From: Octopus sinensis
Taxonomy: Eukaryota
Length of the DNA: 64,000 nucleotides
Assembly (NCBI RefSeq): GCF_006345805.1
Contig: NC_043004.1
Span: 3,534,001 to 3,598,000 of the forward strand
Reading direction: 5' to 3'
How positions within the stretch are numbered: position 1 is the stretch's first letter; every line of letters begins with the position of its first letter. Shown here in pieces: positions 23,391 to 36,009 of the stretch. Below the pieces are notes generated by a model. The model was not told where the DNA came from. It made no database searches and saw nothing but the letters and a program-made list of their open reading frames with translations. Position numbers and translations under genes: made by a program.

Positions 23391-23850
23391 GCTCTCTCAG
23401 TCGCACACGCACACACACACAGAAACCCATCCTGTCTTGCAATAACCGCTTTCTCTCTCTCTCTCTCTCTTTTACTCTCTTCTCCTTTCTCTCTTCTCTC
23501 TACCCCTTACTCTCTCTTTCTCTCTAACCCTCCCTTTCTCCCCTTCTCTCTCTCACTCTTTCTCCTCTCTTTCTCTCTCTCTCTCTCTCTCAACTTTCTT
23601 TTTCTCTCTTTCTCTCTTACTCTCTTCTCCTTTCTCTCCTCCCTCTCTCTCCCTCTCTCTCCCTCTCTCTTACTCTCTTCTCCTTTCTCTCCTCTCTCTC
23701 CCCTCTCACTCTCTCTTTCTCTCTAACCCTCCAACTCTCTCTTTCTCTCTAACCCTCCATCTCTCCCCCTCTCCCTCCCACTCTCTCACTCTCCTCTTTC
23801 TCTCTCTTCCCCCTCTCTCTCTCACTCTCCTCTCTCTCTCCACCTCATAC
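22950..23850. repeat. Long CT-rich low-complexity / (CT)n,(CA)n tract
   Basis: Polypyrimidine plus strand visible throughout. Confidence 0.92.
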
Positions 23851-24234
23851 ATTCATTAAACATGCATAGTTTTATAGATTTATTGAAAAAGACTTTGCAC
23901 GCTTTCGGTTGCATCTTTTCTCGCTTCGCTTCCCAACAAATTCCATCGCTTTTTAATATTGATTCTTTTTCTTTTTTCGCAAAGATTCCACCTCAGTTTT
24001 ACACGGGAAGACACATAGGATGTCGTGCTGTCACGGTGCTGAGCATTTTGCAGAGTGCATCAACGATAGAGGCGAATAGATAAAGGCGGGGGCAGGAAGG
24101 GGCCGTTATAGTAGCAAGGGGACGAAAGCAGGATCGATATAGATGCGCACATATATATCTGTGTATATATATATATACTTGCGTATATGAACACATATAT
24201 ATATGTGTAAATGTATGAGTGTGTTTGTGTGTAT

Positions 24235-24400
24235 AGGTGCAGGAGTGGCTGTGTGGTAAGAATCTTGCTTCCCAACCACATGGTCCTGGGTTCAGTTCCA
24301 TTGCATGGTTCCTTGGGCAAGTGTTTTCTACTATAGCCACGGGCCGACCAAAGCCTTGTAAATGGATTTGGTATACGGAAACTGAAAGAAGCACGTCGTG
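24235..24400 (+). mobile_element. SINE family A, 5' half
   Basis: GGTGCAGGAGTGGCTGTGTGG..GGGTTCAGTTCC..GGAAACTGAAAGAAGC. Confidence 0.85.
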
Positions 24401-24418
24401 TAAATATATGTATAAATA

Positions 24419-24450
<32 letters not shown>

Positions 24451-24599
24451 GTAGGCATGTACATATGTATATGTATGTATATATGCATATATTTATATAT
24501 TAAATATGTTATTATATGATCGAACACCACGCATCCATTTCCAAGAAAGTTTTATATATATATAGGTTTTAGCGAATACTATGTATAGACAGTAGATGT

Positions 24600-24975
24600 T
24601 ATAACAGGACTATGAAATACAGACAACAACAAAGATAAAGTAAAGACATATATCGGAGGTATTTCGGCCTTATTGTGGGATATCCAATTGCATACTGACA
24701 TGCAAGTCACGGCTTGCTGTCTGGATATTGTTGTGAAGGACAACTAAGATAAGACTCTAGAATCAGTGCTATCAGAAGACAATTGATCTCTTAAAGAAAT
24801 GGAGAAAATATTCAACTCTATAGAAAAAAGGAGGTAAACAGAATGTAGAAATGGCTCAAGAAAAATATTTAAATAAATACAAAGAGAAAACTTCAATCCC
24901 AGGACCAACACATACACAGAATATTGGAAGAAAATAGTTCTACATGGACCTATGTGGGACTACGTTTAATACGAA
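24600..24975 (+). pseudogene. Decayed R4/Dong-like (RLE endonuclease) LINE C-terminal fragment
   Basis: One frame reads LLWDIQLHTDMQVTACCLDIVVKDN*..SLKEMEK, matching the ILWD..HTD..RPDIVV..KE.EK pattern of the 56483-57207 element. Confidence 0.6.
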
Positions 24976-26159
24976 AGAATATAAAATCCATACACAAAAC
25001 CTTGTCAGTTGCAGAGGGCTGTGATCGTTCGTGCAGTGAAAGGTTATAATACAAATAAAGCCACTGAAAATAGTAATCCTTTCTCTCATGGTCACAAATT
25101 TGAGAGCGTAAATAGTATTTTAATGGTAGTTGTAATATCTACCCCAGAAAAGATTAATCTAATGTCGGTGGGATTTGAACGTAAAGCCACATAACGAGAT
25201 GTGTTTACAGCCGCAAGACATTAGTTGAGTGTATGTAACGGACATGTTTTGAAGATTTTCAGTAGGAAGCTCTCCGTTTCATTCCATACGTTTGGGGCAG
25301 ATCTTAGGATATAAAAATGGCAGTCAAACAGTTGTACGTCGTGACTGCGGTACAAACAGTTTAGGGATCAGACATCAGATAACTTTTGGCTGCCGATCAT
25401 TGACGAACTCATAGCCCCGCTAAGCAGCAGTAGCAGCGGTAGTAGTAGTAGCAGTAGTAGTAGCTGTTGTTGTTGTTTTTATTGTAGCTGCAGTAACTAG
25501 ACAGTATCGTGTCATGACTATAGCTACCCTCACCGATAATCGCTCCTTGAGGACAAGGCGGAGATAAATAACGAAGCATCATCCATCAAACCACGTGAAC
25601 CACAGTGAAGGCGCGGAGGGACATGGGGATGACGTGTACACACACACACACAATGTATGTATATATTTATGTATACATATATATGTGTGTGTGTGTGTGT
25701 TTATGTTCTTTTCCCCCGTCGTACAAGAAGTGCGTGGTCATTGTTGCAAACAAGATAGTTGGAGAAAATGATGCAAAGATGTGTCTCATTCAAGCAATCA
25801 ATCAGACCTCGCGGGGACCCAACATATTTGACATTAATAAATCAAACAGCTTTTATAATTGTTCGATTGTGAGGCTGTTCTCACATAATGATCACCAGTT
25901 TTCTATATCTACATATCTCGATCTGCCATCACCACCACCACCACCACCACCATCATCGATAGCATACTGTAATAGTAGTAGTCTCACAATGTTTAATATT
26001 TGGCGCAACAATAACTGAGTAAGGTGAATAAGCAGAGCAACGTTCTGAGTTCAAATCCAGCCGAGGTTCACATTGTCTTTCATCCTTTCAGGATCGATAA
26101 AATAAAGTACAAGTCAAGTACTCGAGCTGATCTTATCAAATACTCTTCCTATTCATAAA

Positions 26160-26748
26160 TTTATTCTTTTCTAATCTAGGCACAAGGACCGAAATTTGGA
26201 GGGGGAGGGGACCAGTCGATTAGATCGACCCCCAGTACGCAACTGGTACTTAATTTATCGACCCCGAAAGTATGAAAGGCAAAGTCGACCTCACTGGAAT
26301 TTGAACTCAGAACGTAGCGGCAGACGAAATACCTATTTCTTTATTACCCACAAGGGGCTAAGCATAGAGAGGGCAAACAAGGACAGACAAACGGATTAAG
26401 TCGATTATATCGACCCCAGTGCGTAACTGGTACTTATTTAATTGACCCCGAAAGGATGAAAGGCAAAGTCGTCCTCGGCGAAATTTGAACTCAGAACGTA
26501 GCGGCAGACGAAATACCTATTTCTTAACTACCCACAAGGGGCTACACACAGAGAGGACAAACAAGGACAGACAAACGGATTAAGTCGATTACATCGACTC
26601 CAGAGCGTCACTGGTACTTATTTAATCGACTCCGAAAGGATGAAAGGCAAAGTTGACCTCGGCGGAATTTGAACTCAGAACGGAAAGGCAGACGAAATAC
26701 GGCTTCGCATCTCGCCCGGTGTGCTAACGTTTCTGCCAGCTCGCCGCC
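26160..26748 (-). mobile_element. SINE family B: one head plus three tandem body units (184-bp period)
   Basis: GAAATAC marks end at ~26332, 26516, 26700; head CTGCCAGCTCGCCGCC ends 26748. Confidence 0.92.
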
Positions 26749-27092
26749 TTCTTTTTATAGATTTGCCTTGTGTCTATGTCAAATCATTTAAATTATTTTA
26801 ATTATTATTTAGCAGAGAATACTGTAGAGAGTGCAAAGTAGCATTTTTTACCTTCACGTTTTAGTTCAAACCTCGCTTGGATCATATTTCCTTTCCATTC
26901 TTCCAGGGCCAACAAAGAGCCAGTAAAGACCTGAGGTCCATCAAATCAAATAAAATTCTGTATTTCGAGAATATGTCTTTGTTATTCAGTGGAAGAGCAA
27001 TTATAACAAAAGGCCGGTATATGGAACAATATATTCTCTCTCGGCTGAAGAAAAGACGAAGCTGCGGTCGATCTGAGGTGTAACTCACTTAC

Positions 27093-27264
27093 CGGGTGGC
27101 TTTGGTAGTGGGCGATATAATACGGGTGCCACGGTAAAAGGGTATTGAGGATGGAAGTTGGCCTTTCGTTCATTGTCACTTTTTGGTCTCAGTAATGACC
27201 GGTGGGAAAAGCCGAAGTAATTAAGAACGGTGTGAGGTCGAATGGAGATGGAAGTCTTAATGAC
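27093..27264 (-). CDS. Candidate internal exon (172 bp), unknown protein
   Basis: Acceptor TTTGTTGTCTTCGTAG, donor CCG|GTAAGT, frame open for 57 codons (VIKTSISIRPHTVLNYFGFSHRSLLRPKSDNERKANFHPQYPFTVAPVLYRPLPKPP). No homology recognised. Confidence 0.25.
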
Positions 27265-27456
27265 CTACGAAGACAACAAAGTATTTCTAGAAATGTGTTA
27301 CCCGCCGTCGATGCGAAAACAATAAGCCACCAAACGGATGGTAAGGACTGAAAAACCAAACTGTTGTGCCACTTGTTTTTTTTTTTACCTTCACCCTCTA
27401 TGCCACTACGTTTGTGTTATGTCTTTTGTGCTGTCTTTGTGTTCTTTGAGGAAGAA

Positions 27457-27487
<31 letters not shown>

Positions 27488-28439
27488 CTGTTTTGTTGAT
27501 GATAGAATCTGTGGGACGGCAGAAACTGTGTTATTTAGTAAGCGTTGCTTTATATTTCGAATATGAGGACGGTTAAAGTAAGTACAAGTGAAGCAACAGT
27601 AAAGTACCAGTAAAATACTGGGGTTTAATTAATCAAATGATTTTAAACACACACACACACACAACACAATGTTCCACAAGTTGTTCTGTCTTGTGTGTCT
27701 GTGTAAGAAACCATTATTATTTGAGCAGCAGAATCTGGGAAAGATTTAACAAGCCAAATATTGTTGGAAGAAACAATAAGAAAGAGAGAAAGAGAGGACG
27801 ACCTCTAACAATGTCTAGAATAAAGTTTGGTCAGCGGTGGTCAACTGATTGCTTCCGCTCTCTACACTTATTAGCGACAAAGATGGTTTCTAATAAGATT
27901 CCCTGCGGCTCCAACGTTTTTGCTGCTGCTGTTGTTGTTGTCGTTGTTGTGGCTCTCGTTGTTGTTTTTATCTCCAGGGCTTGAGTGTGCCGAGCAAATA
28001 GTTCAGTTCTTAAGTGGAAAATTACAAGTGTAAAGCAAAACAAAAACAATAAAAAAAAGGGTCAAAGACAAAGAAAGAAAAGAAACGGGGAGAAATAGGA
28101 GGAGAGAGAAGTAGGGGGAGGAGTGTGAGTGGGGTGGGGGAGATGCTGGTTTAAGTCATCGGTCGAACTAATCAATCGCATTACATCGGTGACAGGCATT
28201 AGCGATATAATCAAATGTTATTATCTTTGTCGTCGTATATACAACCAGTCTAACCCTGACCACCACCCCTCACCCAAGCAATTACCAGTCTCCCCCCCAC
28301 CCCACCCTATATCATACCTTCAGCACCTTTTCACCTGACCACTAAACTTGTCTCAATCACCTACCTTCCTCTTCACATCTCCATCCTCTTTTCCACTTTC
28401 TGATCGTCTCTTATACTCTATCTTTATTTAATTCTTTTC

Positions 28440-28990
28440 CTTAATCGCTTGCTTTTCATTCTTCATCTTTTTCTTCTTTTTATTATTCTCCTCCTTCTTC
28501 TTCTTTATTTTCTTTATCTTATCCTCCTCCTTCTCCTTCTCCTCCTTTATCTTCTTTTTCTTTTTATTATCCTCCTCCTTCTCCCCATCCTTCTTCTTTA
28601 CCTTCTTTTTTCTTTTTATTATCTTCCTCCTTCGTTATCTTCATTATCCTATCCTCCCCTTCTTCTCCTTCTCATCATCCTTCTTCTTTATTTTCTTTTT
28701 CTTCTATTTATTATCCTCCCCTTCTTCTTATCCTCCTCCTTCTTCTTCTTCTCCCTCATCTTTTTCTTTTTATTATCCTTCTTCTTATTCTTTATCTTAT
28801 CCTTCTTCTTCTCCTTCTCCACATCCTTTTTTATCTTTTTCTTTTTATTATCCTCCTCATTCTTCTTTTTCTTTTTATTATCCTCCTCTTTCTCCTCATC
28901 TTTCTTCTTCCTCATCATAATCTTCATCGTATTTTTCGTTTTCTTCTTCGTCTTCTACGTTTAACTTCTACATTTCTATTCTTTCTTTCC
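28440..28990. repeat. (CTT/CCT/TAT)-rich degenerate trinucleotide tract
   Basis: Visible low complexity; gives the L/F-rich and K-rich spurious ORFs. Confidence 0.9.
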
Positions 28991-29029
28991 TTTCTTCTCA
29001 ATATTTCAGCTTCATCCCTGGCTGTCCCA

Positions 29030-29250
29030 TTAATTCATCCCTCTAACCATCCAACCAGTCAACTGCCTTTCAGCCATCCATCCGTCCATCCATTCAGCCA
29101 TTTGACCAATCATCCAATCAACCATCCACCCACCCCCATTTCCCTATCCATTCAACCATCCGGCCATATATCCATCCATTCACCAATCCAGCCAGCCATC
29201 AATTCACCAATCCATTCCGTCACCCAACCATCCTTGAACTAACCATCCAT
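29030..29250. repeat. Degenerate (CCAT)n tract
   Basis: Repeated CCATCC/CCAATC/CCAGCC units. Confidence 0.8.
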
Positions 29251-29289
29251 TTCCTAACTGCATTATATAATATAGCCTGCTTCAGTTCT

Positions 29290-30190
29290 TCATCGCAACG
29301 GAATTACCAAACCTTCAAATGATGCGTCAGAATATTTGGAATGTAGGAATATAACCAAAGGGAGCAAAAGATCTGATAAAGAAATATTCTTTGATCCACG
29401 GGTCGTGTGAGTCGGTGCCTTGTTGAGAAGAAGCCGGACATCTGTACTGACCATTCTGGTTTGTCTTAATGCAATCTCACAGTCGCCGAATGAAACCAAC
29501 AGAATAGTCACAAGAGATTGTTGTTTTGTATGTCTTGCAATCGGTTAACATCACACTCTCAAATTTGTAGAAGATTAGGAAAATGGTTTTGCACGCACTG
29601 GGCCAAACCTTCTTGACCGGCAGGGTACGCTTGGAATTCTACTGCTTCGGTAATTCTTTCAAGTTGGAGACCTTAGTAACGTTTCCATATCTTATCACCG
29701 CTTGAACATATTCCAGATGTCATATATGAGCTTGAGATTTGTCTCAGAGCATAGTACTCCACATGGTAGTCATGTCTGGCTTCAGTATGATCGGAAACCA
29801 AACAAGCAAAATACTTTCAAATGTTCGTGAATGAATCTGTTAGTTGCTGCCAAACCAGCTCTCAAAATGCCTGCCATCTCAGGCACTATTCCTGATAAAT
29901 CTTTCGTTAAAAGACACCCAATAGCAATGACATTTTCTTGGGAGTGTGCTTTCCTAAACTTTTCTGACCGACGATCGATTTCTAGAGATCCTCTCCTTCA
30001 AGAACACTCGGCAATCCAAATGTCGATTATCGCAGATGAAAGGCAATCCTCATAGGATGCATTTTGCATGTGATTACGCATTTCCTGCAAAGCAATCTTC
30101 TGGAGACTTGAAAAGATCATTAACATCGCGATATTGCTTCTGGTATCTGCTTCTCGTTTTCATTGGTCATCGTCAATTGGTTCAACTTTT
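29290..30190 (-). pseudogene. Decayed mariner-like transposase
   Basis: Minus-strand remnants VKKVWPSACKTIFLIFYKFESVML (cf. mariner ..PSAGKVMLTVFWD..GV), RLLLNKAPTHT (cf. LHDNAP.HT), SDLLLPLVIFL (cf. SPDLAP.DF.LF), in the expected order. Confidence 0.6.
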
Positions 30191-30429
30191 GTATTTATCA
30201 AAAATACAAATCACAATATAAATGTGTGTGCACGAGTATGTGCGTGTGTCTGTGTTTAATTATGGTACCAAATCCTATACACACATGTGTGCATCACGTA
30301 ACTTAGTGATTCAATAACTACACAGCGATACAATAGGTATTAGCGTAAATAAGTACTGCTGTTCACGTGGTCAACTAAAACTTGAAAGGTGGGGAGGGTT
30401 CAGCTTGCCCTGCAATATTTTACTGAAAG

Positions 30430-30449
30430 AGAGATAAACACACACATAC

Positions 30450-30490
<41 letters not shown>

Positions 30491-30707
30491 CATAAATATA
30501 TACACATGTATATATATATATACATACATAAATATATACACATGTATAATATATATACATACATAAATATATACACATGTATATATATATACACATACAT
30601 AAATATATACACATGTATATATATATATACACTTACATAAATATATACACATGTGTGTGTGTGTGTATATGTATATATATATATACACTTACATAAATAT
30701 ATACACA

Positions 30708-30746
<39 letters not shown>

Positions 30747-30800
30747 TATATATATATATACATAAATATATACACATGTGTGTATGTATGTATATATAAA
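30430..30800. repeat. Minisatellite of ~35-bp units built on (TA)n
   Basis: ACATAAATATATACACATG recurs about seven times, separated by (TA)n/(TG)n. Confidence 0.85.
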
Positions 30801-30992
30801 AAAACGAAGATCACAAAAAAACAACAGCAAGAGGATGTGGTACATGCAAAGTATTAGCAGACGCTCATGGAAGGAAAGAAAGGTGGTTATACGTTTCAAG
30901 CAAAGCTCTTCGTCAGAAACAGAGAAGTCCAATAGAAAAAGAAGGCGAAGGTAAAAAAGAATCGCCAACGAGTCATATGTGGTTACATTTCG

Positions 30993-31023
<31 letters not shown>

Positions 31024-31041
31024 AACAAAAAAAATAAATAA

Positions 31042-31084
<43 letters not shown>

Positions 31085-32294
31085 GTGTGTGTGTGTGGTG
31101 TGGATGGATGGGATGTTCCTGCACCGGATAACGTAGGCAGATATTTACCTGGTTGTCTGAGAAAACATAATCCTAGGGGCTGTCTAATAATCTTACGATC
31201 GAAATCATTAACCCCATTAATTAAGAACCTTGGATCATGCATAGCACTACATAATCTAATGTGTTCTTCATTATTTTATTATTTTTCGTCATATGAGGGA
31301 AATTTAACTGTTATTTCTAACAGATCGAACAACCACTTTGACACTTTCTCGTCCTCTGTTATCTCTGCTATTCTAAGACTTCCTGGTTGGATTCTCAACA
31401 TTGCGAAGTAAAAGCAGCGATTTCTTTCGAAGCTTTAATTTAACGATAATCTTTTACTGTTAGAATGAGAAAACTGGGGGGGGGGGAATGCCACCGAAAA
31501 GTAAAGACATTTTCGCTTCGGTTAGAATCAATCCATTCTGGAGCAAAAGTTTTAAAAGATTTAATTAGGTGATAGAATTGAAACTGTAAAAATCTACGGA
31601 TTATCTATTCAGTTCAATAACTCTTATTTGAATTCACTGAGGATTTTTTTCATTCTTTTTTCGCCAGTTTTTGTTTCTCTTTTTTATTTTTTATTTTCCC
31701 TTTTCACTTATTTATTTATACGAACAAGAATACACGGAGAAGCTTTGTGTACAAATTAACTTAGTATTCCGATGTGACCCACGTCAGAATGATTTCTCAA
31801 AGATTAAAAGCTAATAAAGAAGTCACGGCTGATGTAAAACAACAACAACAACAACAACTAGAAGAACAAATAAAGAAAGAAAAGAGGGAAAAGGCAAAAA
31901 AGAAAATGAAAATAAAAACATGAAAATCGGAAAATAAAAAGACGATATTGGAAAAGAAACGTAGAAATGGAGGAGGAAAAACAAAGAAACTAAGAAAGGA
32001 TTTAACCCCCACAAGACTAATCTTTAAATTAGCAATGCAGATGGAACATTGATTCGTTACAATATCATTAAGGAGAACTGATTCAACGGCGATCTTTTTT
32101 TCTCTCGTTTTCAAACGCAGTGTGAAACAATTGTTCACATTTCAACGCGACTATCAAGAATAAAGGGCTACGACTACAACCACTACTGCTATTACAACAA
32201 CAACGATTACTACTACTATTATTATTATTATTATTATTATTAATATTATTATTATTATTAACATTATTATTATTATTATCGTTGTTGCTATAAC

Positions 32295-32716
32295 AATAAT
32301 AAACAAGGAAAAGCGAAATTGCTTATTAATTGATCCATCATGTCCGTTTGATTCTAGGATTGTAAAAAAATGAAGACGAAAAACAAAAAAATACAATTCC
32401 TTAAAATTTGAAAGTGTAGGAATTTGGTATGAGAAAAGTGTAAAGGTTTTGCCTGTAATAATTGGTGCATTGGAAGCTGTAAGTAAAGATGTAGACAAAC
32501 GGTTGAAGGAGAGTGGAATAGAATGTCTTGTAGAACTTCTACAGAAAGTTTGCCTCTTAGGGACAGGAAAGATTATCAGGAGGGTTCTAAGCCGTTGAGA
32601 GACTACTGGGAGCTAATGGATACCTGAGTTTACATGTAGTAACCCGCTAACCACATAAATCCTGCAAAGAATAAGAACGAACTTGCGTCAAATCAATAAA
32701 TAATAATAATAATAAC
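32295..32716 (+). mobile_element. R4/Dong-like LINE 3' fragment with (TAA)n tail
   Basis: NKEKRNCLLIDPSCPFD, VKVLPVIIGALEAV, LLQKVCLLGTGKIIRRVL*; TAATAATAA tail at ~32698-32716. Confidence 0.75.
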
Positions 32717-32719
32717 AAT

Positions 32720-32900
32720 CCTTTCTACTAAAGACACAAGCATTCGGCAGTGTTCAACTGGTTCTTATTTTTATCGACACAGAAAAGATGAAAGGCAAAG
32801 TTGAGCTCGGCAGCAATTGAATTCCGAACGTAAAGAATTAGAAGAAATGCTGCTAGGCATTTTGTCCGGAATGTTAACGATTCTGCCAGCTCGCTGCCGC
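32720..32900 (-). mobile_element. SINE family B
   Basis: TTCTGCCAGCTCGC head and GATGAAAGGCAAAGT body in reverse complement. Confidence 0.8.
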
Positions 32901-32994
32901 CGCCGTCGCCGTCGCCATCGTCGTCGTCGTCACCATCACCATCATCATTATCAAACGGACATGATGGATCAATTAATAAGCAATTTTGATGATG

Positions 32995-33150
32995 ATGATG
33001 GGAAAAGATGGAGAAATACAGACAACTAAACGACGAAATTACCAGAATATGGGCAATGAGGAGAGTGACTGTTATCCCAGAAGCTGTTGGGGCACTTGGA
33101 ACACTAACAACCAGGTTCGAGAAATATGCCGGAGTAATTGGAATTGACAT
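32995..33150 (+). mobile_element. Second R4/Dong-like C-terminal fragment
   Basis: EKMEKYRQLNDEITRIWAMRRVTVIPEAVGALGTLTTRFEKYAGVIGID. Confidence 0.7.
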
Positions 33151-33595
33151 GACGCAAAACCAAAACGGATACAAGTTTTGTGACTAAAAAAACAGGGCGT
33201 TTAAGGGGTCTTTCGAAGAAGACAAAGACTAAAGACTGACCACCAAATCCAAACAGGCACTGACGAATGTGGAATATAAGCGAGGGAGTGTTTCTACTTA
33301 AAACAAGGACAAACAGGCGAAAATACAAACGTAAACTGAAAATAGGGGAATAGACGTCCGTTGAGTGAGCATCTTGAATAGAGAGCGACATTAGACATTT
33401 GTGGGCAAAGGGGGTCATATTTGCATGTAGATATTTGGGTCCGACAACGGGTAAGTATGTGTATGTCTAATAGTTTATCTATATGTGTATTTATGCATAT
33501 ACACACAGCACATACACAAACATATACACATATGTATGTACGCCTGTATGTAGACACATACACATTCATATAAACACAGCACACACACATATACA

Positions 33596-33637
<42 letters not shown>

Positions 33638-34210
33638 TAAGGGTAGAAATTGATATTAATCAATTAAAACCAATGGCCTAGCATATTTTTAAAAAATCCG
33701 AAGATTAAAACTTTTTTTACATACAAAATTTAGAGGAGTGACCACTAAAAGTGGACAGTCTATATGCTAGATATAGACGTCAAAATCGTTATTTTCCACG
33801 AAGAATGTGTTCTCAAGAAAAAACTCAGCAAAAAACCAAAGTCTAAAAATAAGCAAGACGAAATAAAAAAAATTTTTTTAAGTTCATTAACTGCAGAGTA
33901 ATTTCCGATTTCAGCGCGCCAAAGTGAAGGCATTTGAAAGATACACATAAATGTAATTTGTGGAACTCTATACATGCTGGATTTCGGTTGAGCGTTCTGT
34001 ATCTAGTTCTGGAAATTGTGTTTTGTAAACGACAGACTACACTGATGATCTTGCAGATGTTTACGTGTCCATATACGTAAATATTAACAAGTGAAACTAA
34101 TTAGTACATAGGTAATCGTTTTTAATTTCGTATATTTTTATTTGTCTTGCTTATTTTTACACTTTGTTTTTTTGCTGAAAACCGAGGGTTTCAGACCCAT
34201 CATCCACTGT

Positions 34211-34288
34211 GGGGGCGAGTTCAATCTCTGGGTCAATCACACTGAATATAAAAATAGTGTGATTGATTCGAAGATTGAACTCGCCCCC
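34211..34288. mobile_element. Small hairpin/MITE-like element
   Basis: GGGGGCGAGTTCAATCT / AGATTGAACTCGCCCCC (17 bp perfect) plus TCAATCACACT / AGTGTGATTGA (11 bp perfect). Confidence 0.6.
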
Positions 34289-34454
34289 TAGTGTACCCCC
34301 TAACACGTGTGAAAATGAAGACTCTTAAACCTAACTTTTCCCACAGATTTAATTCCGTTTACGTTGAAACTTGTCCTTCGAGTTATGGTAGATTCTGCAT
34401 AGAAATGCATGACAATCGTTAAATCTCTCTCGTCCACCTCAAAATCATTAGAGT

Positions 34455-34590
34455 ATTCTTCTGTCTTTACGTTCTGAGTTCAATTTCCGCCGAGGTCGAC
34501 TTTGCCTTTCATTCTTTCGGGGTCGATCTAACCGACTGGCCCCTCCCCCACAAATTTTCGGGCCTTGTGCCTAGAGTAGAAAAGAATGTC
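34455..34590 (+). mobile_element. SINE family B, headless and deleted
   Basis: CTGTCTTTACGTTCTGAGTTCAATTTCCGCCGAGGTCGACTTTGCC..GGCCTTGTGCCTAGAG. Confidence 0.82.
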
Positions 34591-35644
34591 GCCGTAAATG
34601 GTGTTTTTAGCAGTACACTCTCACCTGAACTATCACCACTTTTGATTCTCAACTCATAAAAACATTCCGTTTGCTCTTAACTCGTTCCCTTTGTTTAATT
34701 TTGTTAATTATTGTCCTGTCTGTAGGTTTAGTCTTAATTAAAATTATCATGTGAGGTTGCCACATTAATTTTGTTAACCCTTTTAGGTCGCCGTCCAATG
34801 ACTGAAACAAGTAGAAAGTAAAGGTATTATCTGCTTTCTAATATCGTTTACTTGCGGCCATACAGGGGCACAGTATCGAAGGTTTTTGGTCGAATAAATC
34901 GACTGCAGTTATTGTTTTGAACCTGGTAGTTATCCTATAAGTCTTTTGGCTGAATTGCTCCAAGCAACTTCACAAACCATTTTCTAATGTATTCTTCCCA
35001 TGCTTTTTTTTTTTTTTACTACAGCCTTTGAAATGATTGGAGGGTGGTGTATCTTTTTATGAAAAAGTTTAGAAATTTTTTTTTTTACCTCCCACTATCA
35101 GCCTACTCCGGACTGATTTTGGCCAATTTTTTTGCACTTCAAAACCATGATCACTACTAGACAAACATGAACAGCATTGAATTTTCCAAACAAACCAGGA
35201 AAACTGTCTTTTAAATATTTTAAAAATAAACTGAGTGACATAATTACAGATGTATACCGCTCTCCCTTCCGACTTTGTTACCTCATAACAACCAGAAAGA
35301 TGGATACCTTTTAACGATATTTCCAACAAATACCGCTTAGACGATGTGATTCAGAGTAAATGAGTATTAAACGAATATGGGTTTTTTTATTTGTGGGGGA
35401 GGTGACTTGGTGGCCGGATGTTAAAGTAGTAATTAACTGAACGGAAAGGAGTTTTAGAAAATTCCCAATCCGAATTTTTCCCTTCATAATTTTTAAGAAA
35501 ATGGATATGTTTTAATGAAATTTTGTACAAATATCTTGATTATAAAGAAATTAGTGTGAAAAATTGATTATAAAGAAATTAGTGTAAAAATTAGTATGAA
35601 AAATTTTCCACACAAATTTCTTTATAATCAAAATATTTGTACAA

Positions 35645-35940
35645 AAAGACGGACAAAATGCCGCTAAACATTTTGTCCGACATGTTAACCATTTTGCCAG
35701 CTCGCCACTTAGTTTTAGAGAACCATTATTAAAGCTTGGAAATATGTGGTGAGCTGACAGAATCGGTAGAGAGTCGTCAAACATGTTTTGCGGTATTTCC
35801 TACAACGCTTTTCGTTCAGGGTTCAAATCTTGTCGAAGTTGACTTTGACTTTCATCCTTCAAGGTCAATAAAATAAGTGCCACACACGTGCTGCACAGAT
35901 GAAATCGACTAACCCCTCCCCTCAAAACTTTTGTCTTTCT
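35645..35940. mobile_element. Two head-to-head SINE family B remnants (minus ~35645-35710; plus ~35745-35940)
   Basis: TTTGCCAGCTCGCC (reverse head) and GAGCTGACAGAATCGG..GGGTTCAAATC..GTTGACTTTG. Confidence 0.7.
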
Positions 35941-36009
35941 TCCAAATCAGAAGCCCTTATTATAATTAGAAAACATTATTAATATAATAATGTTTGACAA
36001 ACTAAATTT

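Noticed and set aside
25500-25640. Possible first exon MDDASLFISALSSRSDYR ending at TCG|GTGAGG on the minus strand
   Set aside because: Very short, no promoter or homology support; expected by chance in 64 kb.
28449-28964. Hydrophobic 171-aa membrane-protein-like ORF
   Set aside because: Translation of CTT/CCT/TAT low-complexity repeats.
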